64,000 nt of DNA from Eledone cirrhosa. Its lineage: Eukaryota. The stretch is from positions 61,504,001 to 61,568,000 of the forward strand of contig OZ024741.1 in assembly GCA_964016885.1 (NCBI GenBank), written 5' to 3'. A program made the translations under genes and the position numbers. Below the pieces are notes generated by a model that saw only the letters and a program-made list of their open reading frames with translations, did not search any database and was not told the DNA's origin. Positions 62,259 to 64,000 of this stretch are shown here, piece by piece; the first letter of the stretch is position 1; every line of letters starts with the position of its first letter.

Positions 62259-62330
62259 TATACATATATATATATATATACATATATATATAAAATTTAC
62301 ATATAAATAAAATATACATATAAATAAAAT
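61640..62330. repeat. Compound (TA)n microsatellite with duplicated RTE-tail stubs
   Basis: (TA)n interrupted by aatgtatacatt units and two copies of acaaaagcaggcgtaaaatgatgat. Confidence 0.8.
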
Positions 62331-62334
62331 ATAC

Positions 62335-62550
62335 ATGGCTGGGGAAAGAATTGCCAGAAAATCCCAGTGGTAGTAAGCCACAGTAGAGGTTGACTAAGGA
62401 AGACCACGCCAGAGGTGGTGAGAGCTGAATTTAAATCCCTGGGATTCTCAGAGGAGATGACGAAGGAACGCAACAATTGGAGAGATGATGTGCTGAAAAA
62501 GACCCACCCAGCCCATGGGAGCATGGAAAAACAAAAATGATGATGATGAT
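62335..62550 (+). mobile_element. RTE 3' fragment
   Basis: Similar to 20270-20484 (EVVRAE..EEMTKE..WRDDVL), (GAT)n tail. Confidence 0.75.
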
Positions 62551-62895
62551 ATATATATATATACACACACACATATGTATATATATATATATATATATAT
62601 ATGTTAGTCTATCACAAGATTAATCCCCCAACTACTGCTGATATTTGATTTCACTTTCACTGAAGCAAAATGAAATTTAATATTCTGCTCTTGAACACAA
62701 CACACGACCAATCGAAGAATCAAACTCACAAGATCACAATTATAAGTCCAACACCCTAACTGCTTGACCATGTGCCTTCACACACACGCATATGCTCATG
62801 AATCCCCACATCTGCATACATACACTCAGTCATTTTACACTCATACACTCAGACACACAGACATAAGTGAGACTAGTAACAGTTCATTTAATATA

Positions 62896-62974
62896 TAGAG
62901 TGTCCCAAACAAATATATACACACTTTGATTAGAATGCTGTTGAAGTATGTATACATTTTTGGGGGACAGCCTG
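62896..62974. mobile_element. Tc1/mariner-type mini-MITE
   Basis: Same family as 32314-32389, TA flanks. Confidence 0.72.
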
Positions 62975-63669
62975 TATATACTAAAAGTTGCCAAAATATT
63001 CATTTGTGCCTCTCAGTCAAATTTTGACTGTAAAACGCTCATTTTTTTTATTTGTAGTTTTGTAATTATCTTCACAGACAGCTATGAAGCAACAAAAAAC
63101 TTAACAGTCTTGTAAATAACATGAAAATTGGTTCAACAATAATGATTCGCATAGGTTTCTAAAATTACTTCTGGCAATTTGTACAACAATAAAATTTTAC
63201 ACATGTTTTAAATTTACTCCTTGCTCGTTTTGGTTGGGTTGGTAACAAAAGGGTTAATTCTTTTGTTATCAACCTGGCCAAGTCTCTATTTATATGAATA
63301 ACTATCAATTTTAAGTTATAATTTTCCAACATAATTTGATATAAGATCTTTTTTTTAAATTATGTTTCAAATACCATCTTAACCTTTTCACTACCAACTT
63401 GGGCCCAAACCAGCTCTGGTTGTTGGAACTAAGCATTTTAAAGTGTTCCTATTTAAATTAAAGTTTTCCAACATAATTTTATATAAGTCCTATATATTAA
63501 GTAACTATTTTAGTAATGAAAAATAATTTCAGGAAATCTCTCAAAAATGTTCATTAAATTCATTGAAACAGAAATACTGTCATGAAAGGCTTAAAGAAAA
63601 ACATAACTTTTATATTGTTTGATATTGATATTATTATTCCTTCAATACAAACCTTGCTTGAAAAGAACT

Positions 63670-63990
63670 AACTAAGTTAGACATGTCATGTCGTCCACAT
63701 GAACAACACATACATGCTAAAACAATTGCTTCATGATGAACTTGCTACAGGGAAGAACACAGCTGATGGAAAAACAAAAACACTACAAGGATAGCCTGAA
63801 GGCAACACTGAAAGCCATGAGAATAAGACTAGAAATTGCAGTCAGAAGGAACAGCCAATTATATCGAACTCGTACACAAATTTCACAGATATTTCTTTCA
63901 TTGATCGCCCCAGAAGGAAAGATAAAATGTAAAGCCAACCACAGCAGGAATTCAACGCCAGACTCCACATCAACACAAAAATGAAGTAGA
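63670..63990 (+). mobile_element. Degenerate RTE-type LINE C-terminal region
   Basis: KQLLHDEL..G and HYKDSLKATLKAM motifs in adjacent frames. Confidence 0.55.
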
Positions 63991-64000
63991 AAAAATGTTT

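Noticed and set aside
61538-62572. YIYI/CVCV-rich ORFs here and throughout the ORF track
   Set aside because: Translations of (TA)n, (CA)n and (GA)n microsatellites, not genes

Overview
AT-rich, microsatellite-dense animal genomic DNA, most likely from an octopus or other coleoid cephalopod (inferred from the repeat families, not proven). The only host-gene signal I can support is one 70-bp minus-strand exon of a THUMPD3-like tRNA methyltransferase (4317-4386). The rest appears to be intron or intergenic DNA filled with mobile elements: RTE, Tx1 (L1 clade), CR1/L2-group and R4/Dong-like LINE remnants, two tRNA-derived SINE groups (Deu/Nin-domain and CORE-like with an RTE tail), non-autonomous Helitrons and small MITEs. 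Most short ORFs in the supplied track are microsatellite artefacts. Three things stand out. (1) Several ORF-less, (TA)n-embedded Penelope-like elements carry hammerhead ribozyme motifs, including a ~430-nt terminally redundant retrozyme-like unit and a 277-bp fold-back centred on hammerhead stem II. (2) A ~13.5-kb same-orientation stack of LINEs/SINE has each element sitting at the (ATT)n tail of its neighbour. (3) The Nin-SINE 3' end resembles the Tx1 3' end, and some of these SINE insertions are flanked by unusually long (40 and ~90 bp) direct repeats. All calls are by eye and repeat boundaries are approximate.
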